Shown here one piece after another: positions 1 to 13,339 of a stretch of DNA of 64,000 nucleotides (its first letter is position 1; every line of letters begins with the position of its first letter). The notes under the pieces were generated by a model. It was not told where the DNA came from and made no database searches. It saw only the letters and a program-made list of their open reading frames with translations. A program made the translations under genes and the position numbers. Source of the DNA: Octopus vulgaris (Eukaryota); assembly GCA_951406725.2 (NCBI GenBank), contig OX597815.1:42656001-42720000 (forward strand), given 5' to 3'.

Positions 1-740
1 TTGTGAAGACGTTATATTTATTTGAAAGACACAAAAGGCTTTTTAAATACATGCGTGAACAAATCTGCATCGACTGTGATGCGGTAAACAATATTAACAG
101 GCAATAGTGTTTTCGACGAAAGAATATACATTGTCAAGTCTTACTTTTTACATTTAAATTTTGAAAAAGTTTATTTTCCCTTAGTTAGGTGTTAGATCAA
201 TATGAAAATATTAAAAAGTAGCAAATCTGTATTTAAATACGCTAAAAGATTGTATACCCACTATTTTTGTTGTTGTTCTTATGCAATTTGCCTTAATATT
301 ATTTAAACATTTTAAACGTCGTATTATTATTCATACCGTTTCTGTTTCTTATTCCAAACGTCTATACGTATCATTATACTTTAAGCTGATGGATAAAAGT
401 CTGAATTGGTGGAAACTGATATAATTATGAATAAAATCTGAATATTTTTATAGATAAAGTGAACAAAAACATTTTAATGACATTTTTTACATAAATTTCA
501 TAATTTACTTAGATAAACCACTTAATAACGAATGAATCTTAAATATAAAGTCGTTGCAGCATGGTGTCTTTGAATAGGTACGTAGTGATTGTAGAGTATG
601 AAGTTGTCACTACTACGGCTTTGCTCCCTTTCTAAAGAACACTGAGTTTAGCATTGATTATTGAGTATCTCCTTTATTCGTATACATACGTATACATTTG
701 TGCATATATATATGTATGTATATATATATATATAACAATC

Positions 741-1277
741 TTTTTTACTACAGGCCTAAAGCCTGAAAATGATTTTGTGGAAAGTGGGTTGAATGGTACT
801 TATTTTATCGATTCCGAGAGGATGGAAGGTAAAACCTCAGCGGAATTTGAACGCAGAGCGTAAAGACGGACGAAAAGCCGCTAAGTACTTCGTCCAGCTT
901 TTCTTTTCTCCTACAGGCACAAGGCCTGAAATTTGTGGGGAGGGGGTAAGTCGATTTCATTGATCCCGGTGTTTCACTGGTATATAATTCATCGAACCCC
1001 GAAAGGATGAAAGGCAAAGTCGACCTCGGTGGAATTCCAACTCAGATCGTAGCGGCAGACGAAATACCTATTTCTTTACTACCCACAAGGGGCTAAATAC
1101 AGAAAGGACAAACAAGGACAGACAACCAGTGAGTAACTGGTGCTTAATTTATCGACCCCGAAGGGATGAAAGGCAAAGTCGACTTCGGCGGAATTTGAGC
1201 TCAGAACGTAACGGCAGACGAAATACAGCAAAGCATTTCGCCCGGCGTGCTAACGTTTCTGCCAGCGCGCCGCCTTA
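741..1277 (-). mobile_element. Cluster of three tRNA-derived SINE units (Meta/MESC-domain-like family)
   Basis: Repeated core TTTATCGACCCCGAAAGGATGAAAGGCAAAGTCGACCTCGGCGGAATTTGAACTCAGAACGTA; full tRNA-like head (reverse complement GGCGGCGCGCTGGCAGAAACG) at ~1277; units ~741-898, ~900-1068, ~1069-1277. Confidence 0.85.
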
Positions 1278-1689
1278 AGTACTTTCAACCTTTCTTCTGC
1301 TGGAAATACGAGTTGGGTTTATAATGCATAAGAGAAGTCTATCATTGAACATCGCTATCACTGTCATCTAAACTGGTTACTTGCTACTGTTAATAACTGT
1401 GCTTTTATATTATTATTATGAATGTGATACTTGCCACAGCAAATAACATAAAATTTAGTGGAGACGAATCTTATTTCCATGTCCATAGTTTACATAATGT
1501 TTGCACATCAGTTTGTTTCATTGGAAACAGCAATATTATTCTTTCACCATGTAGATTTTATCATTTGAATTTCTAAATCCATATTGAATCAGGCGCAAGT
1601 AAAATTTCCAGGACAACACGTATTAGAACAGCACGTATTTCACACGTAAGCACAATCATGCATATCTATACTCACACCAATGCATATGC

Positions 1690-1690
<1 letters not shown>

Positions 1691-1770
<80 letters not shown>
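1691..1770. repeat. (TATC)n microsatellite
   Basis: Perfect tetranucleotide run seen directly. Confidence 0.95.
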
Positions 1771-1772
<2 letters not shown>

Positions 1773-1833
1773 CCTGTCTGTCTGTCTGTGTCTATATATT
1801 TTTAATATGTAGGTATGTATACACACACACATG

Positions 1834-1868
<35 letters not shown>

Positions 1869-2479
1869 GGTTAATGAGAGACGGAAGATGGAAGATACGA
1901 GAGTTTTTATTCGTCACTACAATTGTTTCCACACATCTAGCATCGGTCCTTCACGAGTGGATACTTAACAACTGGTTCAGGAGCATCCGACGGTGCAGAT
2001 GTACCTCTTCGAGTGATAAATCGATACAACGATACAACTCATTAAAATAACACTTCCGCAATGTATCTTCTCAGTTCTTGTGAAGAATCGCAGCAAATTA
2101 AAGGATATAGCTTCATTTATATAGAAGATCAACAGATACGAAAAAGAAACCAACACGCAACACAGCAAAAATGTTTTAAATATAGCCGTTAACGGATATG
2201 AATATATAAACACCCTCGTGTAGCTTGCATGACGCATATACACTCGCTCATACAAATAACCACGAAGATGTAAGCATACGTGCACGTGTGATTTGTTGAA
2301 CATACGTTCACATAGCGAGTTAAATAAGTATTTGATGTTTATAAGAATGTGGAGGTTAAAGCTAAATTTGATTCATCCATATCTTAAGGTGGATAACGTT
2401 AACAGTTACTTAACTTCATTCCCATTGATTTAAGCGAAAGTCCATTTACATGTATGTAAGCATCTTGAGAGTCTTTTAG

Positions 2480-2850
2480 AAATTCTATTAATAATCTTCT
2501 TATTGGTCCACAGAATAGACAAGAAGCAGCGGAAAAGATATTATATGGTATTGCGTGTCTTACTATGGATAAAGTTATGTTATTTAAAATTTTATCTTCC
2601 TTAAGTCGCCACAAAATATCGGCGAAAGATGTTGGGTGTCTCATATTGATTTTATTGAAGCTGGTTACATGGTTACGATAACGATTCTTGAATGAATCAG
2701 ATGTTGTCCCATTGTAGACATACGGCCCTCGACTATGTATGTACAGTACATTTATATACAAGATTTGTACTCATACAGAGGTTCATCAATAGGCATTTTA
2801 ATTTTCCTCTGCATGAGCATTTATTATATTCATTTGTATATATGGCAGTT
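2480..2850 (-). mobile_element. Penelope-like element relic, GIY-YIG endonuclease region
   Basis: Minus strand reads CSCRGKLKCLLMNLCMSTNLVYKC, then after a frameshift YVYNGTTSDSFKNRYRNHVTSFNKINMRHPTSFADILWRLKE...HAIPYN...CLFC. This matches the Cys-rich linker, VY/YIG, R..H and C-terminal CxLC pattern of PLE endonucleases. Confidence 0.8.
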
Positions 2851-3019
2851 CTGACTTCATTTCCCGACGTTGTTACCGTGTTAACTATATCACAATCATT
2901 TCTACTATCATGGTTTGGCCGTATCTGGTGCTTTTCATTGCGGTTTACAACTCCTTTGTTGGTACTTTGATGCCTATGTTTGCTAGTTACAGTAGATGGG
3001 TTATTGAGTTGTTATATAC

Positions 3020-3526
3020 ATGTATGTGTGTATGTATGTATGTATGTATGTATGTATGTATGTATGTATGTATGTATGTATGTATGTATGTATGCGTGCA
3101 TGCATATACGTATGTATGTATTTAAATACGTATATTCGTACACTTATGCAAGTATCTATATATTATACGTACGTATCACCTACCTACCTACCTACATATC
3201 TACCTGACTCCTATCTACCTGCCTACATACATACATACACACATACATACATACATACATACATATGCACATAAACACATACATACCTAAATACATAAAG
3301 ACATGTATATTTCTTTATTACGTGTAAGCCTAGAGATGTGTATTACGATTTTAGAGCTTCGTGCAATATGTATTGCATGTATGAAGTTATATTTCTCCGT
3401 TTGTTCCATCAAAGCTATCTTTATACCAAACACACATACGCCGCTCGCATACATACATACATACATACATACATACATACATACATACATACATACATAC
3501 ATACATACATACATACATACATACAT

Positions 3527-3561
<35 letters not shown>

Positions 3562-3648
3562 CATACATATACATGCCTATATATATATTATATATTTAAT
3601 GTATATCTATAATATATATATACATATATATATATACACATATACATA

Positions 3649-3697
<49 letters not shown>

Positions 3698-3761
3698 CAT
3701 ACATATATCTATACATATATATGCACACACATATATATATATACACAGATCTATATATAAA

Positions 3762-3816
<55 letters not shown>

Positions 3817-3911
3817 ACGGATGTATATGTATATACATATATCCATATATATATATATATTCATATATGTATACGTATATATATATCAAATACAACTCTA
3901 TGTATATATAA

Positions 3912-3957
<46 letters not shown>

Positions 3958-3975
3958 ATGTATATATTGTATATG
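3020..3975. repeat. Compound microsatellite field (TATG/CATA/TA/TG)
   Basis: Multiple simple repeats; source of several spurious ORFs. Confidence 0.95.
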
Positions 3976-4829
3976 TATTTATAGCGGGATTTTGTATATG
4001 TTGTCTCTATATTCCATCACAACTAAAATGTCGATTTAAATATTTCAACAGATTTTCCTGACATGTTAATATTGCATGCCAACAAGATCTTGGTTGCCTT
4101 CTTTCGAATAAAAAAGAAATCGAAGCAAACTGTAGATATGTTATTAAAATCTTTCGTCCGATATATGTTTAAATGCAGGAAATTGATGAACCAAAATGGA
4201 ATTAGGAAGCTAGTACAAAGACAATTTATACCATTAATATTAATGTATATCTGTGTATGTACTTGGATATTTGTGCATATGTGAATGTTTTTATGCATAT
4301 AATTTGACCTTGTTTATAAGCTTTTAACATATTTTCTTTGCAACTAAAAGCCAGTCGCCAAGAATATAACAAAGCTGTCTTGTTTAATCTGAAACAACAT
4401 ACGTAAGTGTTTAATTTATGTATGTTCGTGTGTATGTACAAGTGTATGTACATTTTTATGTTACATCAATATAGTCAAAGTCAAAGTATTTGAAACATCT
4501 TACAGATCTTTATTTTCCTAATTAATTAAATCTGTCAGTTTTCTGATATAAGTTCTCAGCGTTTCTAGGTTACCAAAGAAGCATTTAGTTACAAACTGTT
4601 TATTTATATATGTGCGCTTTTACCAATGATCTTTGAAGATAAGAAGCAGTAATTTATCAACTTACAATGTGTACACTTTTGTGGAAATTAGAAATTAAAA
4701 AACAAAATTTTGCGTGTTTTGATGCCCTACTAATGAACTGGGTCCGTTTTTAAATCAATCATATCCATTTCATATTCTTGAAACTAGTGCTGATATTCTT
4801 GAAACTAGTGTTGATGTATATGCCCCGTG

Positions 4830-6400
4830 ACTACACTTGACCTATATTTTAAAAATGGAATTTATAACTTTTTCTTTGTCTGCTTATATACATTCTTTAC
4901 GTTCTTTGTATCCACTTATTTGGGAAGTATTTTTTTTTATTACTTCTGCTCATCTAAATTCTATCATATTCTTTTCATCTCAATAAATAACATCTTCATA
5001 CTGCTTGAATGTTATAATTCTTAAATTTTACGGATATGCATGAATATTCCTTCAGAATGATTTTTACAAACTGATTAAATGACTCAGCCTTCCTCGGAAT
5101 AGAATTGCCAAAGTTTTTGCTCACATTCTCGATAACATTTTCACTTAGGCACATCTGCATGTTATCCCGTTAAAGTTTTACAGAAAACATTAATTATTAC
5201 CTCTGCACATAAGATATCTAGCTGTATTTTCTACCCTAGATTTTCTACTCCTAAATTAATCCTCTTTGTATTTATGCTATTAATGATTACAAATTAATTG
5301 GCAACACTACTATTACAAAATTTGTGCATGTTGATTTTTCTCCTAAGGGCCCTTTCGGAAGCATTGTGCCTATTACTAGTCGTTTGCTGGTTTGTATTTT
5401 ACCTCAAGTTTCTTTACAAACCTCCATGGTTTTATTTTTTCCACGCCTGCAGGGTTGTTTCTTAAGTTTATGTCAAAGTTGGATTTTTAGGAGATATTGA
5501 CGAAGAGATACACTTCCACATTCATCTCTTGCCTAAGATGATATTATACAATGTCCCTGCCCCTGCTCCTCAAATTATTGATTCAGGTGGAGTGAATAAC
5601 ACTTGTGATATCGAGGCTTTTATGACCATTTGTATTCTGCGGGACTTCAGTTTTCGCTTCAGTATGGATACCTTTTATATATATCCTTAACTATTCATAT
5701 GTTGTTATCAGTATTGGTAAGTTCATCCGCAGAAATTGATTTATATTTGCTCCAGTTATCATATTTTATATTCTTGTATAATAGACAATGATTATATCTT
5801 CTTTTGCTAACACTCGAACGAGGAAGATTATATTTTCGGGAAGTCAAATAAGTATGTAATGTGTTATCAGCTCGTTGCTCATTTCACAAAGGCAGGAATG
5901 TTTTATATTAGTGATACTCCACGTTTTTTCATGTCAGAATGTTATAACCAAATTAACTAATTCTCTTATACGGATTCAGGCCTTAGAATATAGTTGGAGG
6001 TCATCAACCATTTCGCATAAATGAGAAAGAAAGACGTGTTTTCTTATATATTCACGCAAGACTTCTTTGACGTTTTACTTTCTAGTCTAATGCCCTAAGA
6101 AAAGAAACCAAATTATACGTTAGATCTATATTGGATCTATAATAGAATCATTTGCAATAATGAAGAACAGCTAGATTTAGTAACAATTACAGCTGATAAA
6201 GGAATGGAATTTGGCCAAAGAAAATTGTCTACCTCCTTTTCCCACACTACGAATACTACGGATACCTACAATCTGATGGAAGCATAATACAGAGGTGCTG
6301 AGAGAAACAGGAACATCAATACAATTTAGGATACTTGGTTGTTTTATAGAGAAAATACGTTCTACAGATATAAAAGCAATCAAGATTCTGACATCATCTA
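4830..6400 (-). mobile_element. Possible highly decayed L1/Tx1-like LINE 3' region
   Basis: T-skewed + strand; minus strand has RSVGKGGRQF at ~6230, resembling the post-RT GGL motif. No intact ORF. Confidence 0.3.
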
Positions 6401-7586
6401 GAAACTTTCATTGAAATAGCGATACTAATAAACTCTATCTTCGGAAGGAAGAGGGCAGAATAAGCTGAAGATCAGTACAAAAGGCTTTCGAGTGCAGAAT
6501 GACATCTTCCAGACACCATCTGCTAAACAGAAATAATAAAAGTAAATAAATCCACCAGCTTCTCCTAACTGAAGACAACAATAGCTTACCAGTAGAAAGT
6601 AAATTCTTCAAGAAGTTTTAAACTCCTCAACGATCTTCCATCTGACTCCAAAATTCGTGGATTCATGTTACGCAACAAAAACATGGGCGAGAAATAGCCT
6701 GCATATAAAAATATGCTATGTATAGGTGTGATTCTTGTAAACACAAAGAACATGTTAATATCACATCAGATTAGAGAAGGGCAAACTTTTGCAATCCAAG
6801 AGCGGGAGATAACTACAAAATACGTAATGGACAAAGCAGTTAACTCCAAGACTCTATTTCTACCATCTCTTTATAGTACGCTTTGTTTAACGAAAACTTA
6901 TGTAAAATTAATTTGAGATCTGAGCACCCCCTAAAAAACTATAAGTGTCATTGTGGTAAATTAAAATTTTTTGTTGATATGCAAATTGGGGAGGATTTAA
7001 ATGCTATCGAATTTAAACAAGTTCTGTATGCATAGTAATTAATAGCTTGCTTAGTTGCTAAATGAATTGATTACGAGCAAACATTCTTCAGTATAAGTCC
7101 ACTGTTTATACAGGTGTAGAGGAGAGGAGAACCTCCTTGATGTTTTCATAAATTAGCTTTTCCGTGTTTTTAAAAATACACGTTCTACATTCTCACCTAG
7201 ATTACTTTCCATCAAATCTTGGGAAAGTAAACATATGTAAGGAGGACTGTTTCATTAATAAAAAACCAAGAAACAGAGAAAATAAAGATTTGAGAATGAA
7301 TGCATGGAAACTGGTTGTTGCTGAACGCTCTATTTCTACGACCCAAATGAAGTTTATAACCGAAAATTATAGTCACAACGCTTTAAGAAATTTGGATAAT
7401 TAATATTTTCAATATACGTATATCTAAATGAATAAAACAAAATCCAATGAAACTGGTGTTAGTCTGCTACTGTATAAGTCCCTCTAGGAGATTTAGAAAT
7501 GCAATATTTCTAATTTTGTAGATCAGTGAATTTATTCCACTTGAAATTCTATATACTTTCAAAGTTGAATAAGCATCAACAGCTCC

Positions 7587-7650
7587 GCCAGCCAAGCTAC
7601 TCCAGACTGGTGAAGAGCAATGACTCTGAAACTAATCTCTGGATGCTGGC
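7587..7650 (+). ncRNA. Minimal type-I hammerhead ribozyme motif (two point defects)
   Basis: Stem I TCCAGA 7601-06 / TCTGGA 7638-43; core CTGGTGA 7607-13 (canonical CTGANGA); stem II AGAG/CTCT; GAAA 7628-31; CTAA-TC with predicted cleavage after 7637; distal helix GCCAGC/GCTGGC. Confidence 0.75.
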
Positions 7651-8587
7651 TGTGTTGGGTGGAGGTGCTTATCTCCCCTGTTTGAAAACATAAGGACACA
7701 GTGCGCTTGTATCACATACCCAACTGGAAACGGTGTTTCCTGAGGCTAAATAGCAGTAGCATTCTTCCCTTTCCTGAGAATGCCACATTAAGTTGGCATC
7801 AAACCATCACTTTATCGTGCTGCTATTGTATAAGTCCCTCTGAAAGATTTAGAAATGAATATTTCTAATGTTATAATCAATTATATGGGAATTAATCAAG
7901 TGTTATGTGCGTTTTACTTTAGCAATAAACAAATCTTGCATAAAATGCTATTAAGTATTGATAAAACTGAGAAAAAAATATAAAACTGTCATATTTCAAA
8001 ATCTAGAAATGCTATATAAAAAAGAAAAGATCGAGATTGGCACACGTGACCAAAACACATTCACAAATAGCGAATTTCATCTCTGATCTAAAAAAACCCC
8101 AAAAAAACAAACAAATAAATGTAACATTATTTCGTTGATTAGCGTGATTCTTGGAGATCTTTTATCTTTTACTTGTTTCTGTCTAATCATTGAAGCAAGT
8201 AAAAAATATATAAGAATTCCATGAATACAAGTAAAAGATAAACAGGTTAAATGTATGCTGGGGCACCGCCTTGAAGAATCTTTCGGTGAACGAATCGAAT
8301 CCAGAAGAAGGATTTTCAAATCTAGAACTTATTTTATTTGTCTCTTTAACCAGACAGCTAAGTTAGAGGAACGTAAACAAATCAGCACCGGTTGCCAATT
8401 GATGGTGGAGTTGAAATACAGACTCAAAGACACACATATAGATACTTACACACACACACACACACACAGGGGCACACACATATACATATATTATTGTAAT
8501 AATGTCTGCTATATCTGTTTCGGTACAATTATGTTAAAATATACGTAAATGTTTTTTTTTACATAATAGCACATTGTTAATATGTAT

Positions 8588-8971
8588 ACTCTTTTACTCT
8601 TTTACTTGTTTCAGTCATTTGACTGCGGCCATGCTGGAGCACCGCCTTTAGTCGAGCAAATCGACCCCGGGACTTATTCTTTGTACGCCCAGTACTTATT
8701 CTATCGGTCTCTTTTGCCGAACCGCTAAGTGACGGGGACGTAAACACACCAGCATCGGTTGTCAAGCAATGCTAGGGGGACAAACACACACACACAAACA
8801 CAAACACACACACACATATATACAGTTTCCGTCTACCAAATCCACTCACAAGGCATTGGTCGGCCCGGGGCTATAGCAGAAGACACTTGCCCAAGATGCC
8901 ACGCAGTGGGACTGAACCCGGAACCATGTGGTTGGTTAGCAACCTACTTACCACACAGCCACTCCTGCGCC
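8588..8971 (-). mobile_element. Near full-length tRNA-derived SINE with internal (CA)n microsatellite
   Basis: Reverse complement has head GGCGCAGGAGTGGCTGTGTGGTAAG, B-box-like GGTTCAGTCCC, CORE-like CTTGGGCAAGTGTCTT and tail AAGTAAAAGAGTAAAAGAGT. Related copies at ~8258-8470 (-), 10630-10860 (+), 50409-50972 (+), 61935-62310 (-). Confidence 0.88.
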
Positions 8972-10629
8972 TATAGTGAACTATACAGTAAAAATATATA
9001 TGTTAAAATACGCGCTGGAACGGCTGTGATCATAGGTCTTTTATATCATGTTTAGCGTGGAGATAAGCAGCAACAGCATCTTATTGAATCTTCTGATGAC
9101 TAAGTTTAAACGAAAAATTCGGCCTTTACTATTATTCGGTTTCCTTGTTAATTAAATACGTAAGTTCATATATTGCTAATAACATTTATTTGTTGATTAT
9201 GGATCTATAAAGCAGTATTATAACTGGAAATAGTTATATAATGTTCATTAGAGTTTTTGTTTTCATCATACATGATAGAATTTCTTTGAAGAACTTGTTC
9301 AGTTAATATAACAGATTTTCCTCAACCGTTATGGAACACTTTCTAGATTAATCTTCACATCCAGAAATTAGTTTAGATTAAGTGAATTTACACTATTTTA
9401 TTATGTTTCCGTTATGCCCGCATATTTAATTTTGAACAGTAACAATTGACCCACATATCGTAATTACAGTAATGTACTGTTGTTTTTTGATAATATATAT
9501 TTTCTTTTACGAGTTTAATATGTAGTTGTGGAGATGAAAATCTGTGTTTTCTAGAGAACGTGATGAGAGTCACCATCAAGTCGCTTCTATGTATAATATT
9601 GAAACCTCTAAAATTACTTGAAGCCTGATACAAAACATGCTTGTTTAACCTAGTCTACAAAAAATAAATGAAATAAACGGCCGAGGACAGTAACGAAGCT
9701 AAATTACGTTTAGACATCGCAGATGATGTTATATTGTACGAATGCAACAGTTATACTTAGGCACACATACTTCGTATACACAATACACACTAACTTTAGT
9801 ACCATCGAAAGCATACTGTTAAATATGCAGAAACAAGCACTTACACACACACGCACACACACACATACACAAGCATTCATATACACAAATATGAACTTAT
9901 ATACAAACACACAAATATATATATTCACGCCATACACATGCACATGAGGCTCTCAATTGCTCTTTATTTGTAAAGTACATAAAATATGAAAATCATGTTC
10001 ACGATCATGAAATATCTCATTCAGAAATTTATACTTGGTTATAAAAATACAAACGCATAAATCATACATTTAACTCGTAAAAGCCAACCACACGCAGATA
10101 ACAAAGAAGACATTTACCAGCAAATATTTCATTAACTCAAAACACACATACATTTGCTGGGATTGGAATAAAATTAATTCTCTGGGTTTATACTCACATT
10201 TTTATGTACAATGCAGGCACTAACTGCTATATATAATACATCCAGCGTTGCAATTAATTAAATTACGTACGTTCATAAGCATGCATGTATGTAAGTTTGT
10301 ATGTAATATATATATTCATCTATGTATGCATGTATGTATGTGTGGAAGGGCATATGGCTTAAAGGACGTCTTACTGATTTTCTTTTTTCAAATTTCTCTT
10401 CATTAGAGAATAAAAAGCCCGATCTCCAAACCAGAAACAAGGGTTTTCTTTTGACAGAAATGTATACCCGTACATCAACAGAGGAAAAAGTCCGGCCGTT
10501 AAAATGAACTTTAAAAAGATCTTGCATAATTTTGATGCTCTGCTTACGGTGTGTGCTAGCCGATCTCTTCGTTGTCCGAAAACAACAGTTTTTCGTGATT
10601 GCTAATTAGACGTTCGTAACACAGCCAAG

Positions 10630-10795
10630 CAGGCGTGACTGTGTGGTAAGAAGCTCGGTTTCCAATAACATGATTCTGGGTTCGGTCTCGGTTCGTGACA
10701 ATTTGGGCAAGTGCCTTCTTCTATAATCTCGAGCCGACAGAAGTCTCTTGAATGGATTTGGTTAATGAAAGCTGAAAGATACCCGTAGTGTGTAT

Positions 10796-10860
<65 letters not shown>
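10630..10860 (+). mobile_element. 5' half of the microsatellite-containing SINE family
   Basis: GCAGGCGTGACTGTGTGGTAAGAAGC...TTGGGCAAGTGCCTTC...(TG)n. Confidence 0.8.
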
Positions 10861-10862
<2 letters not shown>

Positions 10863-11319
10863 TAAGGATAAGCAAGTAGGGCAAGTCGATATGCAGAAAA
10901 TATTAACTACATTTGATACAAAAATGTATATATATTTACGTATATAACGGTCCAACTTATACTGAATACAAATGATATCAAGAATTAAAGAAGTTGAATT
11001 ATAGTTTTACGAGTTCAACAGCTGTTTCTGGGGGCTTGATGGTCCAAAATAATGATTGTTAATTGGTTCCATCATCGGATAATACCAGCCTCCATCTTTT
11101 GAAACCTCAAATCCTTGAAGACGGAGGCTGCTATTATCCATCAAGTCCTCTGAAACAGCTGTTGGACTCGTAAAACTCTTATTCAACCTCTTTAATTCTT
11201 GATATTATTTGTATTCCGAATAATTCAGACCTTTTTATATATAAACATATCTACATTTTCTGTATTAAATGTATTTAATATTTTTGTATATCGACTTGTT
11301 TGACTTGCCTATCCTTACA
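10861..11319. repeat. ~460-bp imperfect palindrome, probably an inverted Penelope-like terminal repeat
   Basis: Left arm starts TGTAAGGATAAGCAAG...AAGTCGATAT, right arm ends ATATCGACTTG...CTATCCTTACA; internal matches AAGAATTAAAG/CTTTAATTCTT and GTTTTACGAGT/ACTCGTAAAAC; loop ~11099-11117. Confidence 0.9.
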
Positions 11320-11438
11320 TTTACTCCTCTACTTGCTCAGGTTAAAACGTCTTGAGCACTACGAAGTGTATTCTATACAGAGATGGTACTATTAAGTTAG
11401 ACATAGCCTGGGCCTATACTAACTGAAACCTATCAAAG

Positions 11439-11503
<65 letters not shown>

Positions 11504-13199
11504 ACAGCCGGCTAGCAGAATCGTTGAAGTTACACGAGCGTATAACTGGAACTTATGTTATCCATTCCCCAAGAATAAATGAAAATAAAATTTATCCTGG
11601 TCATATTTGAACTAAGTTGTAATTAAATATTGCCCGATGCTGTATCTCTTCTGTTCCTCAACTTCTTTTCACAACGTATAATATTAAGAATTATCGAACG
11701 CACCACTTGCCACAAAAGTAGGATATTGAATTAAAGGAGATGTAATGTCGTCCCGTCCTTCTTCGTTCTGTGTGCACATCCTACCAGTGTTGATAAAGTA
11801 GGTTGTAGTTATAGCTATACAAATGAGGCGAATTGCCTACACTTACAGACGCTTGTCTTACATTATGTCAGAAGAATATAATCCAGAACAATACGGTTTG
11901 AAATATATAAACAGTAAGCTCATGTCGACTTCTAACAGAAATTGGTTTCATTCCTTGTTTGGTGCCACATCACTTATGTCAATAAAATCTTTAGGAAAAA
12001 ATATGGAAGCCATATCTTTGTATTCTTTGTTCTCCTTTACAACTAAGGCTTCATCCTTAATGACAAAATTATTGTTTATGTAATGAAAACTTCGACAATC
12101 AATGGTCGTAGCACAGCATTCAAAAAGCCATTGTACAAGTGTCATTTGCTAAATAGTTACGTGAATTAATTCAATTTCAACCAGAACTACTTCATCGTTC
12201 AGTTATAAATTGCGCTTTGAACGGATATCTCAACTGACGTTGACATTATCGAAAATAATTTTCACTGTCTACTTTTATTGAATGCTATAATTTTTTTTTC
12301 TAGAGACAGAACACGCATAAATGATTTTACAATGCATTTATAATTTCTTTTTGCTTCAGTAATCAGAATATTCAAAAGTAAGAATCGTTACTACCCATAC
12401 CACGCCTCCCAGTAATTTTATTGCTAAATTAGCACAAGCAATTAGTCGAGCACGTGGCTTATGCTATTCATTTACGGCCAGTAAAATTTTGCTGTCTCCA
12501 CATGCGATATTATATACTAGTGACATAGAAAGGTTGTGTATTTCTTTTACGTTTTTTCTTCAGTGAGTATGATGGCAACATTTTACGAATTTATTGCTTT
12601 TAAACCATAGCAATAATAATAGCATCTAACCAGGCTTTGTCACAAAATGTAATTGAATTCAAATTTTGTTTCTTGTGTCTCACTCATTGGTTTTGACCTA
12701 GCTTTATTATTGGATTTTATTGTTCATGGTTAAGATCTTAAGCTGAATAATTCATTTATGGATTTTTGTTTGGAATTATGTGTTGCTAATAGACATATCT
12801 TTTCATTATCGATAAACCTCATAATTTAATGAGATTTGTCTGGCTTTTACACACATTAACTTCTAGTATGGACTTAGTTGAAATAAAGTTATACTAAGTG
12901 AAAAGTTAAATAATTACTTACGGTTTCACTACTGAAGTATCGGAAGTTCCGTTCATAACATATTTTCGGTATTAAATCAAAAGAAGGAGAGAAATATATA
13001 AATCCACAATTTAGAAAAATAATGAGGTAATTCGCTCTTATCATGCTCTTAACATTTGCAGAGAACGCAATTCATTGCGGATTTCAAATTTCATTCATTG
13101 TACTATTTTTGATTTAATAATTCATGCATTTTCCTTTCAAAATAATTGTGTTAATTCTCTCCATTTCTCGTTTTTTTTTCATAAATATTAACTAAAATC

Positions 13200-13339
13200 C
13201 TAAAACGTTTATCTTTTCCAGTCGTCCTTGGAAGCTGTACTTCCAAAACACAGACAACGATAGCAAATCTTGTTTGGCTGTAGGTCAATCTCATTTGGCA
13301 TGTCTCTGTTGGTCTCTGGGAAATGCAACAGCCGCAGAC
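13200..13339 (+). promoter_or_regulatory. Candidate splice acceptor(s) and 5' UTR part of the RASD exon
   Basis: Pyrimidine tract TTTATCTTTTCCAG| ending 13221; alternative TTGTTTGGCTGTAG| ending 13283. Suggests an upstream non-coding exon, which I could not locate. Confidence 0.5.

Noticed and set aside
4773-4816. Short tandem duplications (21 bp here, 16 bp at ~54662) as CRISPR-like repeats
   Set aside because: Two copies with no spacers in eukaryotic DNA; ordinary slippage.
11791-11822. let-7-like string TGATAAAGTAGGTTGTAGTT...CTATACAA
   Set aside because: Seed does not match GAGGTAG, the arms are too close for a pre-miRNA, and the context looks like a decayed SINE.
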